Origin: an uncultured bacterium
Lineage (GTDB): Bacteria; Zixibacteria; MSB-5A5; UBA10806
Reading direction: 5' to 3'
DNA length: 45,977 bases
NCBI GenBank assembly: GCA_965555375.1
Contig: CBEWDL010000002.1
Span: 1 to 45,977 of the forward strand
Made by a program: the position numbers and the translations under genes. Position 1 is the stretch's first letter. The number at the start of each line of letters is the position of its first letter. Below, in pieces: positions 34,826 to 44,267 of this stretch. The notes under the pieces are model-generated. The model saw only the letters and a program-made list of their open reading frames with translations. It did no database searches and was not told the DNA's origin.

Positions 34826-35047
34826 ATGCCCCGCCCTCGCCGCAAAACTCCTGATGAATTGATGGAGGAAGCCTTCTGGACCAGGCGGGATATTTGTCGT
34901 CTGTTCCGCCGGGATCCCCGAACTATTGATAAAAACATCAATCATACAAACCCGAAAAAGCGACTAAAAGGGTACATGATAAACGGTGAGTTCATGGCAG
35001 AAAAAAAAGTCGTGCTGGCGTACTTTCGTTATATGCCATTCAAGTAA
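34826..35047 (+). CDS. small HTH DNA-binding protein (excisionase/AlpA-like) upstream of the integrase
   Basis: FWTRRDICRLFRRDPRTIDKNI....LKGYMINGEF fits the excisionase-type HTH pattern, and the gene sits next to int. Confidence 0.5.
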   Translation: MPRPRRKTPDELMEEAFWTRRDICRLFRRDPRTIDKNINHTNPKKRLKGYMINGEFMAEKKVVLAYFRYMPFK

Positions 35048-35096
35048 AATCATTTGCCAAGTCACTTCTAAGGTACGAAAGGAGAAATAGAAATAC

Positions 35097-36125
35097 ATGG
35101 TTTCGCTTTTTTCAGAAAGACGGTTTATGGTGGCTGAACTATAGATATAACGGTGAAAGGTATCGTGTTTCAACCGGGACTCGAAATGAGAATCTCGCTG
35201 AAAAGAAGCGGCAAGAGTTTGAGGTCATGCTTTTCAAAGGTATTCGCCCAACCGAAGAAAACCCAAGAAGCAAAAGGACTACAATTTTCGATATATTCTG
35301 CCGGTTCTTAATTCACTCTGAAAAATCTAAGGCCAAAACCACCTGGAAAACTGAAAGAGTATTTCTTAAATTCTGGCAGGAGTTTTTCTCCCGAAAGGGA
35401 ATAAAATATGCCGAGCAGATCAACCATACCGTGATAACTGATTTCCAGATAGAATCCGATATTGGTCCAAGGGGTTTCAACAATGCTTTGACATTGCTAA
35501 GAACCGTGTTCAATAGGGCGATTGATTGGGGAATGCTTGACAAAAATCCTACTCATGGATTCAAGAAAATCAAGATCCCCAAAAAGTTGAAATACTATAC
35601 AGATGATGAACTTGAAAAGTTGTTGTCCGCAGCATCGCCCCGCCAACAAACGATCATCGCGCTCGGTGCTTTTGCAGGTCTTAGAAATGCCGAAATGGTA
35701 AACCTAAGATGGCGCGATATTGATTTTCAAAACAGAATCCTTGAAGTCAGATCGGACGATGAGGTCACCCCAAAAGGCAAACGTCCTCGCTCTATACCAA
35801 TGCACGACCGGCTGATACAGACACTGATGGCATATAAGAGCAATGATACCAACCTAAATGTATTTCCGAGAAATGACTGTCGAGGACCAAAATGTGGCAT
35901 AAATAGCCCGTCTAATGAGTTCAGAGTACTACTACGCCAGGTCGGATTAAAAGGAAGCCACCATACCCTCAGGCATACTTTTGGAACCAGGCTGGTTAAA
36001 AATGGTGTGCCTTTGCCTGTTGTGCAAGCACTCTTGGGTCATGCCGACATTGAATCCCCACCATGATTTATGTACATCTGGCACCTGGGCAATTCAGGGA
36101 TGCGATAAATCAACTGTCACCATAG
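35097..36125 (+). pseudogene. int: tyrosine recombinase/integrase with two homopolymer frameshifts
   Basis: AAGGAG lies 12 nt before the ATG at 35097. The frame changes in the T6 run at 35107-35112, continuing as QKDGLWWLNYRYNGERYRVSTG.... The main ORF 35227-36066 has RNAEMVNLRW and HTLRHTFGTRL...LLGHADIE. After the C4 run at 36056-36059 the catalytic-Tyr segment TMIYVHL is in another frame, ending at 36125. Confidence 0.8.
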
Positions 36126-36254
36126 TGTCACCAAAATCCGCCATATTTAAGTATATCTATGCTAATCTATGCATTCCAGGCGATGTAGGATTTCCCTGCG
36201 CAAAAACCCTATATTTCAACCAATTAACTCAAAAATAAGGGGATATAAAAACAC

Positions 36255-36347
36255 CGGAAGGGGGAGGAATCGAACCTCCCGCGGCCGGGAACACCGGCCG
36301 CCAACGGCTTTGAAGGCCGCAGGGGCCACCGGACCCCATCCTCTTCC
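36255..36347 (-). tRNA. selC: tRNA-Sec (anticodon UCA)
   Basis: The - strand reads GGAAGAGG-AT-GGGGTC-CGGT-GGCCCC-T-GCGGC-CTTCAAA-GCCGT-TGG-CGGCCGG-TGTTC-CCGGCCG-..GGAGG-TTCGATT-CCTCC..CCTTCC-G. It has a 6-bp D stem with a 4-nt loop and a long variable arm. It resembles E. coli selC as I remember it. Confidence 0.88.
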
Positions 36348-36486
36348 AGAATTATTATAGTCATCGCCATCCAGCGAATCAAGGCAAAAGGGATGGGGCG
36401 AAACGGTGTTTTGCCCCTATAGATATGATTTCTTAATCGATTTGCCCGTGGTGGCAGAAGTTACTTCTGCCACCTATTGCCAAATA

Positions 36487-36523
36487 CGAAAACTAAAAGC
36501 CGTCGGATGCAACATCCGACGGC
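36487..36523 (-). terminator. intrinsic terminator after bshB
   Basis: A perfect 11-bp stem GCCGTCGGATG/CATCCGACGGC with a 3-nt loop, followed on the - strand by TTTTAGTTTTCG. Confidence 0.75.
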
Positions 36524-36546
36524 ACCAGTTGCCTATCAAAAATACG

Positions 36547-37272
36547 TCATATCGATTTGCCCGGCAGCTTCAGCGGATCATCGATTTTGAGGTTTTCCTT
36601 CTGTATGAAACATTCTCCGTAGCGTACGCCGATTATATATCCATATTGCCTGTTTCTGATCTCCATGTAATCGAATATGTTGCGAGCCGGTGGATAGACC
36701 TCGCGCTGGCCCGGCTTCTCCTTAAACTGCGTTTTATAGCAGGCCACCGCCTGGCATTTCCGCTCGAATTGCTCGGTGATATCGACCACGAATGTGGGCT
36801 TTATATCGTGAAAGGATGTGGCATATATGATTTTTCTGGGACGATGCGCTTCGCCGGGGATTGGCATTTTATCAAGCCCGGCGAGAAAACAGGCCCGGTA
36901 GCCGATAAGGCTGGCGGCGGCATGGTCGGGGTGACGTTGCTCCCAGTATGGCAATATCACAAGCTCCGGCTCGGTCTGCCGAACAACCTCGGCCACTTTC
37001 AGGGCATTCTCCTGTGTGTCGTATAGGCCGGCATCGGGAAGGCCCAGATTGTACCTATATTTCAATCCCATCAATTCTGCGGCGCATTCAGCCTCTTTCG
37101 TCCTCGTATCGGTATTGCCGCGGGAGCCCGATTCTCCGGCGGTCAGATCGAGGATACCCACGCCATATCCCAGATCGACAAACTTAATTACGGTCCCGCC
37201 TGAAACAATCTCGGTATCGTCGCAGTGGGCCGCAATGGCCAGAACGTCCAGTTTGATGGTCTCAGAATCCAT
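36547..37272 (-). CDS. bshB1: bacillithiol biosynthesis deacetylase BshB1 (PIG-L/LmbE family)
   Basis: AHCDDTEIVSGGT and RHPDH motifs and overall BshB1-like sequence. The ATG at 37272 overlaps the bshA stop by 11 nt. The ORF track allows a start at 37338. Confidence 0.85.
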   Translation of the reverse strand: MDSETIKLDVLAIAAHCDDTEIVSGGTVIKFVDLGYGVGILDLTAGESGSRGNTDTRTKEAECAAELMGLKYRYNLGLPDAGLYDTQENALKVAEVVRQTEPELVILPYWEQRHPDHAAASLIGYRACFLAGLDKMPIPGEAHRPRKIIYATSFHDIKPTFVVDITEQFERKCQAVACYKTQFKEKPGQREVYPPARNIFDYMEIRNRQYGYIIGVRYGECFIQKENLKIDDPLKLPGKSI

Positions 37273-38389
37273 TTCCCATGACCTCTTCATAGAACCTGTA
37301 ATATTCTTTGACAATATCTCTGGTATTGAACTTCTCAATCGTCAACCTGCGCGCGTTTTCGGACATCGACCGGCGAAGGTCATCATCCGAAAGGATCTCG
37401 ATCGACCTTCTCGCCATCGCCTCCACATCGCCGATCGGCTCGAGATACCCGACCTCGCCATCAGTGACCAGTTCGGGCAATCCTCCCACGATAGAGCCAA
37501 CCACCGGCACCCCGCAGGCCAAGGCCTCCAGGGCGGCCAATCCAAACGCTTCCGAGGCCGAAGGCAAAAGGAATAGATCGGCCTTGCAGAGAACCGATTC
37601 GACCATATCCTGTCCGCCAAGGAAGATGGTTTTTTCTTTCAATCCCATCCGTTCGGCAAGCGACAGCACATTGGGCGCCTCCGGGCCGTCACCCACCAGA
37701 ATCAGTTTTGAGGGCATCCTCTTGTTTACGATCCTGAATATTCGGATGACATCGTCGGCGTTTTTAACGGGCCGGTAGTTGGACATATGCACAATGATTT
37801 TCTCATCGGGCGATGCCAGCTCCGAGCGGTCGCAGCCTTCCTGATCCGGCTTGAACCTCGTTATGTCCACGAAATTGGGGATAATCTTTATCGGCTTTTT
37901 AATCCCGAATGACTCGTAGGTGCAATCGTAGATATACTTGCTGACTGTGGTGAGGGCATCCGAGACCTCCATCGAAAATTTGGTGACAGCCCTGAATGAG
38001 GGATCCTGGCCTACCAGGGTTATGTCGGTGCCATGCAGGGTGGTTATCAGCTTCGGTCCGCCGGGCCCTATGATCTGTTTGGCAATATAGCCGCTGATGG
38101 CGTGAGGAATGGCGTAGTGAACATGAATTATGTCAAGCCCCACCCTCTTTGATTCCTCGGCCAGCCTTGTCGCCAGCGAAAGCGTATATGGAGGATATTT
38201 AAAGAGCGGATAATTTGATACTTCTACTCCGTGAAAGATAAACTTCGAATCAAATCCGGTGAGCCGAAAAGGAAGCGCATACGAAAAAAAATGAACCTCC
38301 ACGCCGGCCGACGAAAGCGCCAGTCCCAGCTCCGAGGCCACGACGCCGGAGCCGCCTTTGACGGGATAGCAGACTATTCCAACTTTCAC
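37262..38389 (-). CDS. bshA: N-acetyl-alpha-D-glucosaminyl L-malate synthase BshA (GT4)
   Basis: MKVGIVCYPVKGGSGVVASELG, TLHGTDITL, VGDGPE and EAFGLAALEALACGVP closely follow B. subtilis BshA as I remember it. Confidence 0.9.
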   Translation of the reverse strand: MKVGIVCYPVKGGSGVVASELGLALSSAGVEVHFFSYALPFRLTGFDSKFIFHGVEVSNYPLFKYPPYTLSLATRLAEESKRVGLDIIHVHYAIPHAISGYIAKQIIGPGGPKLITTLHGTDITLVGQDPSFRAVTKFSMEVSDALTTVSKYIYDCTYESFGIKKPIKIIPNFVDITRFKPDQEGCDRSELASPDEKIIVHMSNYRPVKNADDVIRIFRIVNKRMPSKLILVGDGPEAPNVLSLAERMGLKEKTIFLGGQDMVESVLCKADLFLLPSASEAFGLAALEALACGVPVVGSIVGGLPELVTDGEVGYLEPIGDVEAMARRSIEILSDDDLRRSMSENARRLTIEKFNTRDIVKEYYRFYEEVMGNGF

Positions 38390-40014
38390 TTTTTGATCTC
38401 AATAATTTGATGATCAACAGAATCGATATCGAGTTTGCTCTCTATCTCTTTGCAAATACCCGGGCCGAATTTATTGGCAAAATATACCGGCGATAATACT
38501 CGTTCCTGAAATTTTCCATCGGGAAACAGGAATTTCGCGGCACGATATATCTGCCCTTTAACCGTCTCGTGACGTTTCTTATGGGCGGCAAACAACTTCC
38601 TGGAGAGATGATTTAATTCATGGTCGATTCTCTTCCTGGTACGCTCGATCGCCTGGCCGCTTTCCGGATCGGAACTGCCAAGCGATTTCAACAGATCCAG
38701 AAGCGGCTTCTCTATCTGGGATCGCAGAGACTCGGCTTTCTGTTGAGTCTCCGGCGGGAAATTTTCCTTTATAACCCGGCTTATCTCATATCCGGCATCA
38801 TCGTATAACGAGGCGAAATCCAGGGAGAGTTTACTGAAAATCCTCTGTATCTGGGGTTCGACAATGGATGCGAACATTCTTGGTTTGACTACCGGCCAGG
38901 GAACATTCAGGTAATCGAAAAGAGGCTGAATCTGTGCAAAATATGCCGCCTCTGACGGCCCCACCACCTGGCAGACTGTGGGAAAGGCGAAACACTGGGC
39001 TACCGGCCTTAAACAGACATTCGGCGAAAACCTTTCGGGGGCTTCATCCAACATCTCTGAAATTTGTTCTCTGGTGAAAACATCACTGTGACCATCAAGA
39101 CGAAACCGATGGTTCTCGACTATGATGTTTCTCCTGCCGCTTTCATTGACAAACAGATTAAGACTATCACCGGTTTTGTGGACCTGCCTGTGGTATCCCG
39201 TTTTAACAATGTCCGACGATCGTTTTTCAAAACGTTCGAATGTCTCAGGATGATTTTCGATTTCGCCGAGAAACACCGGTGCCATGATCCTCTTTAGCCC
39301 GGGATAATTGGGATCGATTGGCACAATGCCGAAATCCTCCATCAGTTTATTGAATAAAGCGGCGAATGCCTCGGAAAGACGCCTGCCGGATATGTAGCTA
39401 CTCTCCAGCAGGTTCCTGATGTGGCCTGTGAATTCGGTTTCTAATAGATTCTCGTCCACCTGCCTTAGTAAATCCTCGATCCCGTCATCGAGAATAACAT
39501 CGGCCATCGGGACACCATCCAGGAGAGAAGCAGGTTCATAAGAAATATTTATACATTCCCCCGCCCGATTCAAAAGCCGAACGTTCTTAATCTCGGCGAA
39601 ATCATGATCGTCGGTGGCCATCCAGAAACATGGAACCACCGGCCGGCCCAATTCCAATTCCAGTTTCGATGCCTGCTTATAAGCGGTCATAGCCTTTATG
39701 ACTGTATACATCGGACCCAGAAGCATGCCGACCTGCTGACCGGCAAAGACGATAAGGGACTCGGGATTTGCCAGCTTATTTATGTTATCTTTTAATTTTT
39801 CGGCCGGATTTAGATGATGTATGGCATCTCGTATAATAGATGCCAGTTTCTCTCTCTGGTAGGATTTCCCGTCAATCTGTTCAGCGACTTTCTTATACGA
39901 TGAAAGATCTCTGAAATCATATTTGAAGTATTGCGAGGCGATTCCGGCAAAGTTTATAAAATCCAGAAAAAGCCTTGTGCTTCCGGAAAGCTTATCGAAA
40001 CCGACAGGCAACAT
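38386..40014 (-). CDS. bshC: bacillithiol biosynthesis cysteine-adding enzyme BshC
   Basis: A 542-aa ORF with GQQVGMLLGPMYTVIK, FWMATDDHDFAEI, ERFSPNVCLRP and GPSEAAYF blocks typical of BshC (YllA). Confidence 0.88.
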   Translation of the reverse strand: MLPVGFDKLSGSTRLFLDFINFAGIASQYFKYDFRDLSSYKKVAEQIDGKSYQREKLASIIRDAIHHLNPAEKLKDNINKLANPESLIVFAGQQVGMLLGPMYTVIKAMTAYKQASKLELELGRPVVPCFWMATDDHDFAEIKNVRLLNRAGECINISYEPASLLDGVPMADVILDDGIEDLLRQVDENLLETEFTGHIRNLLESSYISGRRLSEAFAALFNKLMEDFGIVPIDPNYPGLKRIMAPVFLGEIENHPETFERFEKRSSDIVKTGYHRQVHKTGDSLNLFVNESGRRNIIVENHRFRLDGHSDVFTREQISEMLDEAPERFSPNVCLRPVAQCFAFPTVCQVVGPSEAAYFAQIQPLFDYLNVPWPVVKPRMFASIVEPQIQRIFSKLSLDFASLYDDAGYEISRVIKENFPPETQQKAESLRSQIEKPLLDLLKSLGSSDPESGQAIERTRKRIDHELNHLSRKLFAAHKKRHETVKGQIYRAAKFLFPDGKFQERVLSPVYFANKFGPGICKEIESKLDIDSVDHQIIEIKK

Positions 40015-43000
40015 TATTTATCATCAACCACGAGACCTTCGGCCCCGGTTCCAGCGGCAAGCCGAGCTTTCGATTTCTTCCGCTTTCCGGTGATGAATGC
40101 TACCATATCATCCAACAATGTATAGACTATCGGGACGACGATCAACGTCAAAAGAGTGGACGATGTCAATCCGCCTATCACCGCCTGGGCCATGGGCGCC
40201 CTGAATTCGGCCCCGGGACCGACTCCGAAGGCCAGCGGCAGCATGGCAAAAATCATCGAAAGAGAGGTCATCAGGATAGGCCGAAGCCTTATCGCTCCCG
40301 CCCGAAGAATCGCCTCAGTGCGCTCCATCCCGCGGCGACGGGCCTGCTTGATGAAATCGATCAGCAATATGGCATTCTTGGTAACCAGCCCCATCAAAAA
40401 TACAATCCCGATCAGAGACATTATGGAGATTGCAGTGCCGAACATTAACAGTGCCAGAATCGCCCCGACGGGCGCCATCATAAGCGACATGCCCATGGCG
40501 AACGGGTCGATGAATGATTCAAACTGGGAAGCCAGGAGGAGATAGATGAAAATTATTGCCAGAACCAAAGCCATACCGATCTGGGCAAAAGATTCCGCCA
40601 TGATTTCCGACTCGCCGACGGGCGTTACCGAAAAGCCGACCGGGACATCTAAATCTCCCATTTTAGCACCGACCGCGCTGAGAATGTCGCCCAGTGTAAA
40701 GCCGGTCGCAGCGTTGGAACCTACTCTTATCTCCCGCTGGCGATCATAACGTAAGATCTCCGTGGGAGCTTTCTCCTCGAAAATCCGTGCCACCTGCCGC
40801 AAGGGAACATATAGATCCTCCCCCCTGACCTGCTTTTCAGAGGCGATATATATATTGTTTAGATTCTCGATATCGGTTCTGTATTGAGATGCCAGCTGAA
40901 CCCTGATATCGTACTCCTCGTCCCCCTCTTTGAACCTGCTTACAGGAGATCCGTCAACCATGTTTCTTACGCCGATGCCTATGTCTGCAATATTCAACCC
41001 CAGATCTTTGGCCAGATCTCTATCGACAACCACCTGCAATTCGGGTCTGGCCTCTTTTTCGCTGTTTTCAACATCGACCGCTCCCGGAGTCGTCTTCAGG
41101 ATTTGTTCAAGAGATGCCGCAAGACTCTTTATGCGGTCATAATCAGGACCCCTGACAGAATACTGGACCAGCCCTCCTCCGCCCCCATGACCCGGATCGG
41201 TTGCCACGCTGAACGAAACTCCGGGGACCGAGGAGAACTCATCGCGGAGCACATCAACAAAATCGAATACGGTAACGTCGCGCTTGTTCTTATCCACCAG
41301 CTTTACATATATCGAACCTTCGTTGATAGGTGTCAGCTCGCCACCAATTTTAAGCAAATTATACTTGACTATATCGTCATGCGAGGCGATGATGTTTTCG
41401 AGCTGACCGGCTAGATCCGACGTTCTCTCCAGGCTCGATCCGGGCATCGTCTTATAATTCACATACAACTCCGACCGGTCGGACTTAGGCATAAATTCGA
41501 ACCCCAGAAGCGACGCAAGAAAAAGCGAAAATACAAACCCACCGATAGCGATGGCTAATGTCGTAAACCTGTGTTTCAAGGTCCAGTCTAAAACAGTGCC
41601 GTAAATATCGCCGAAGCGTTTGAAGAAATAATTCCATAGATAGAGAATTATGGTTATGGGGTTCTTCGATTCCCGTTTTAAAGGTTTCTCTTTGTGCAAA
41701 AACCTGGATGATAGCATCGGAGTAAGCGTAAACGCCACAAACAGCGACACGATAACGGCCACGGCGATAGTCAATCCGAATTGATAAAAGAACCGTCCCA
41801 CAATTCCGGACATAAAGGCAACCGGTAAGAAGACCACGACCAGGGAAAAGGTGGTAGCCATCACAGCCAGCCCTATCTCCGCCGTCCCATTTCTGGCCGC
41901 ATCAGCACGAGGCTCGCCGGTATCAAGATGCCGGTAGATATTTTCAATCACGACGATGGCGTCGTCTATCAACAAGCCGACAGCCAGCGAAAGGGCCATC
42001 AGCGACATCATGTTCAATGTGAATCCTAAAAACCTCATGGCCGTGAATGTGGCGATTATTGACGTTGGTATGGCTATGGCGGTTATGATGGTTGAGGGAA
42101 TGTTGGCCAGAAATAAAAATATAGCCAGGATTGCCAGAGCGCTGGCGAAAATGATGGTTATCTGGACATCATGTAACGACTCCTCAATAAATATTGCGTT
42201 ATCCTGAGCGATCGTTGCGGTTACGTCTGCGGGAAGCAATTCGTTTATTTCACTCAGTCTCTGTTTCACTGCCTCTGCAACTTCCACCGTATTGGCGCCC
42301 GACTGTCGCCTGATCTCCAGCGTAACCGCTTCCTCGCGGTCGAAGCGGGCCAGGCTTCGCCTTTCAGCGATTGTATCAACGGCTGTAGCGATGTCGCCGA
42401 GCCGGATTACCTTTCCTTCTGTATTTTCGACAATAACATCCCTGATATCATCGACGCTTTCAAATCGACCCATGGTGCGAACCAGAATCTCGCTGGGGCC
42501 CTGATTCAAATGCCCGCCGGGCAGCTCGAAATTCGAGCTGGATATAGCATAGGCGACATCGTCGAATGTCAGCATCCTGGCGTTCATGGCATCAAGATTA
42601 AGCAAGACCTGGAATTCCCGCTCGCTGCCGCCCACGATCGACGCCGCGCCCACGCCCTCGATAGATTCCAGCTTCTCCTTGACCAGTTTGTCGGCAAGCG
42701 ATGTTAATTCTTTGGGAGGACGATCCCCTCCCATCACTATGGTTATTATAGGTTCGGATTCAGGGTCGTATCTCTGAACTACAGGTTCCTCAATATCCGC
42801 GGGAAGTTCAGGTCGTATGGAAGAGATCTTCTCGCGAACCTCCTGCGCCGCCTCAATACTTTTGGTTTCCAGTGTAAATTCGACGATGATCAGCGATAAT
42901 CCCTCGCTGGATCTCGATTCTATATGCTTGACCCCGGCTATCGGATTGACGGTGTCTTCGATTTTCCGCGTCACGTCGGTGGCTACGGCCTCGGGAGCCG

Positions 43001-43160
43001 CGCCCGGATATACCGTCGTAACGACTACATAGGGAAAATCGATATCGGGGAAAAGATCAACGCTCATCTGATGGTAAGAAACAAAGCCCAGAACGATAAG
43101 GGCTATGGTGACCATAGTCGTAAATACCGGTCTTTTTACTGAAACGTCAGAAATATACAT
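40014..43160 (-). CDS. RND efflux transporter permease (AcrB/HAE1-like)
   Basis: A 1048-aa ORF with 12-TM architecture and two large periplasmic loops. The N-terminus is typical (SVKRPVFTTMVTIALIVLG). Confidence 0.92.
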   Translation of the reverse strand: MYISDVSVKRPVFTTMVTIALIVLGFVSYHQMSVDLFPDIDFPYVVVTTVYPGAAPEAVATDVTRKIEDTVNPIAGVKHIESRSSEGLSLIIVEFTLETKSIEAAQEVREKISSIRPELPADIEEPVVQRYDPESEPIITIVMGGDRPPKELTSLADKLVKEKLESIEGVGAASIVGGSEREFQVLLNLDAMNARMLTFDDVAYAISSSNFELPGGHLNQGPSEILVRTMGRFESVDDIRDVIVENTEGKVIRLGDIATAVDTIAERRSLARFDREEAVTLEIRRQSGANTVEVAEAVKQRLSEINELLPADVTATIAQDNAIFIEESLHDVQITIIFASALAILAIFLFLANIPSTIITAIAIPTSIIATFTAMRFLGFTLNMMSLMALSLAVGLLIDDAIVVIENIYRHLDTGEPRADAARNGTAEIGLAVMATTFSLVVVFLPVAFMSGIVGRFFYQFGLTIAVAVIVSLFVAFTLTPMLSSRFLHKEKPLKRESKNPITIILYLWNYFFKRFGDIYGTVLDWTLKHRFTTLAIAIGGFVFSLFLASLLGFEFMPKSDRSELYVNYKTMPGSSLERTSDLAGQLENIIASHDDIVKYNLLKIGGELTPINEGSIYVKLVDKNKRDVTVFDFVDVLRDEFSSVPGVSFSVATDPGHGGGGGLVQYSVRGPDYDRIKSLAASLEQILKTTPGAVDVENSEKEARPELQVVVDRDLAKDLGLNIADIGIGVRNMVDGSPVSRFKEGDEEYDIRVQLASQYRTDIENLNNIYIASEKQVRGEDLYVPLRQVARIFEEKAPTEILRYDRQREIRVGSNAATGFTLGDILSAVGAKMGDLDVPVGFSVTPVGESEIMAESFAQIGMALVLAIIFIYLLLASQFESFIDPFAMGMSLMMAPVGAILALLMFGTAISIMSLIGIVFLMGLVTKNAILLIDFIKQARRRGMERTEAILRAGAIRLRPILMTSLSMIFAMLPLAFGVGPGAEFRAPMAQAVIGGLTSSTLLTLIVVPIVYTLLDDMVAFITGKRKKSKARLAAGTGAEGLVVDDK

Positions 43161-43163
43161 GGC

Positions 43164-44249
43164 TTATTTTTCCAGGGACGATTCCGGAGCTGAAAATCCC
43201 CCGTCCTCACCGATGTTATTTCCATCCACTATTTTAACGAGAGATCCGTCCTCAATCAGATTTCGACCGATAACTGCTACCGTATCGCCTTCCGTCAAAC
43301 CGGATACAATCTGAACCGATTTAAGAGTTGATTCTCCGATATAGACGGATTGTTCCCTGGCACGGTTACCCTGTATTTTATATACTTTATATACTCCTTC
43401 CACTGAGAAAACGGCCTCCCTCGGAACAATCAATACGGATTTAAGCCGGGTAACGACTATCTCGGCCCTGGCAAACATCCCCGGAGCCAGTGCACCACCC
43501 TCGTTATCGATGCTGATCTCAACCCTGAACAACCGGGTCTGAGGATCGGCGGATCTGGAGACTTCCGCTACGAAACCGATAAATTCCCTATCCGAATTTC
43601 CGATCGACTCAACCGTTATGGTGGCTTCCTGTCTTTTCTTGATAAAACCAGCGCTCCGGCTATCGACAAATAACGTTAACCTGATCTTATCTGCTTGGGC
43701 CACGGTGGCGATGGGGATACCTACGGGCGCATATTCACCAACATTTACGGACAATTCGGTCAGTATACCCGAAATGGGGCTGGTCAGCTCCACCTGCCGA
43801 CTGGCGGCCCTGAAATTGGCCTGGGTCACCTCGAAACCGGTCTTAGCGCTGATAAAGGCCTGTTCGGAAATGGCTCCCTGCTCCAGAAGCTTGGTCATCT
43901 TTCGATAATTATCCTTTGCCTCCAGATAGAGCGCATGGGCTTGATTGTACTGCGAAGCCGAGCCGTTTTTATCAAGCATAATAACCACCTGCCCGGCGGA
44001 GACTTTATCCCCTTCTGAAACTGGAAGCTCCACGACCGCCTCATGGATGGAAGCGACAATTTCGGCCTGCTTTTCTCCCTCCAGGGAACCGGAATAGGCT
44101 TTGACAATGGAAAGATCACCCGGTTCAGCCGGGAAAATAGTTATCGGGATCGCTTTTTCTTCGACCGCCACGTCGGCCTTCTTACCGCCGCAGGATGACG
44201 CTGCCAGCATTATGATGATTATCAAAGATAATTTTGGGATTTGGTTCAT
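43164..44249 (-). CDS. RND efflux periplasmic adaptor (membrane fusion protein)
   Basis: A lipoprotein-like N-terminus (AASSCGG), a lipoyl/hairpin/beta-barrel pattern, and its position upstream of the RND pump. Confidence 0.88.
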   Translation of the reverse strand: MNQIPKLSLIIIIMLAASSCGGKKADVAVEEKAIPITIFPAEPGDLSIVKAYSGSLEGEKQAEIVASIHEAVVELPVSEGDKVSAGQVVIMLDKNGSASQYNQAHALYLEAKDNYRKMTKLLEQGAISEQAFISAKTGFEVTQANFRAASRQVELTSPISGILTELSVNVGEYAPVGIPIATVAQADKIRLTLFVDSRSAGFIKKRQEATITVESIGNSDREFIGFVAEVSRSADPQTRLFRVEISIDNEGGALAPGMFARAEIVVTRLKSVLIVPREAVFSVEGVYKVYKIQGNRAREQSVYIGESTLKSVQIVSGLTEGDTVAVIGRNLIEDGSLVKIVDGNNIGEDGGFSAPESSLEK

Positions 44250-44267
44250 CTTGTGCCTCTTTTGCCG

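Noticed and set aside
36406-37576. + strand ORFs of 206 and 186 aa (and similar ones at 37308-37778)
   Set aside because: They are antisense shadows of bshB1 and bshA. They are Arg/Pro/Ser-rich and have no motifs.
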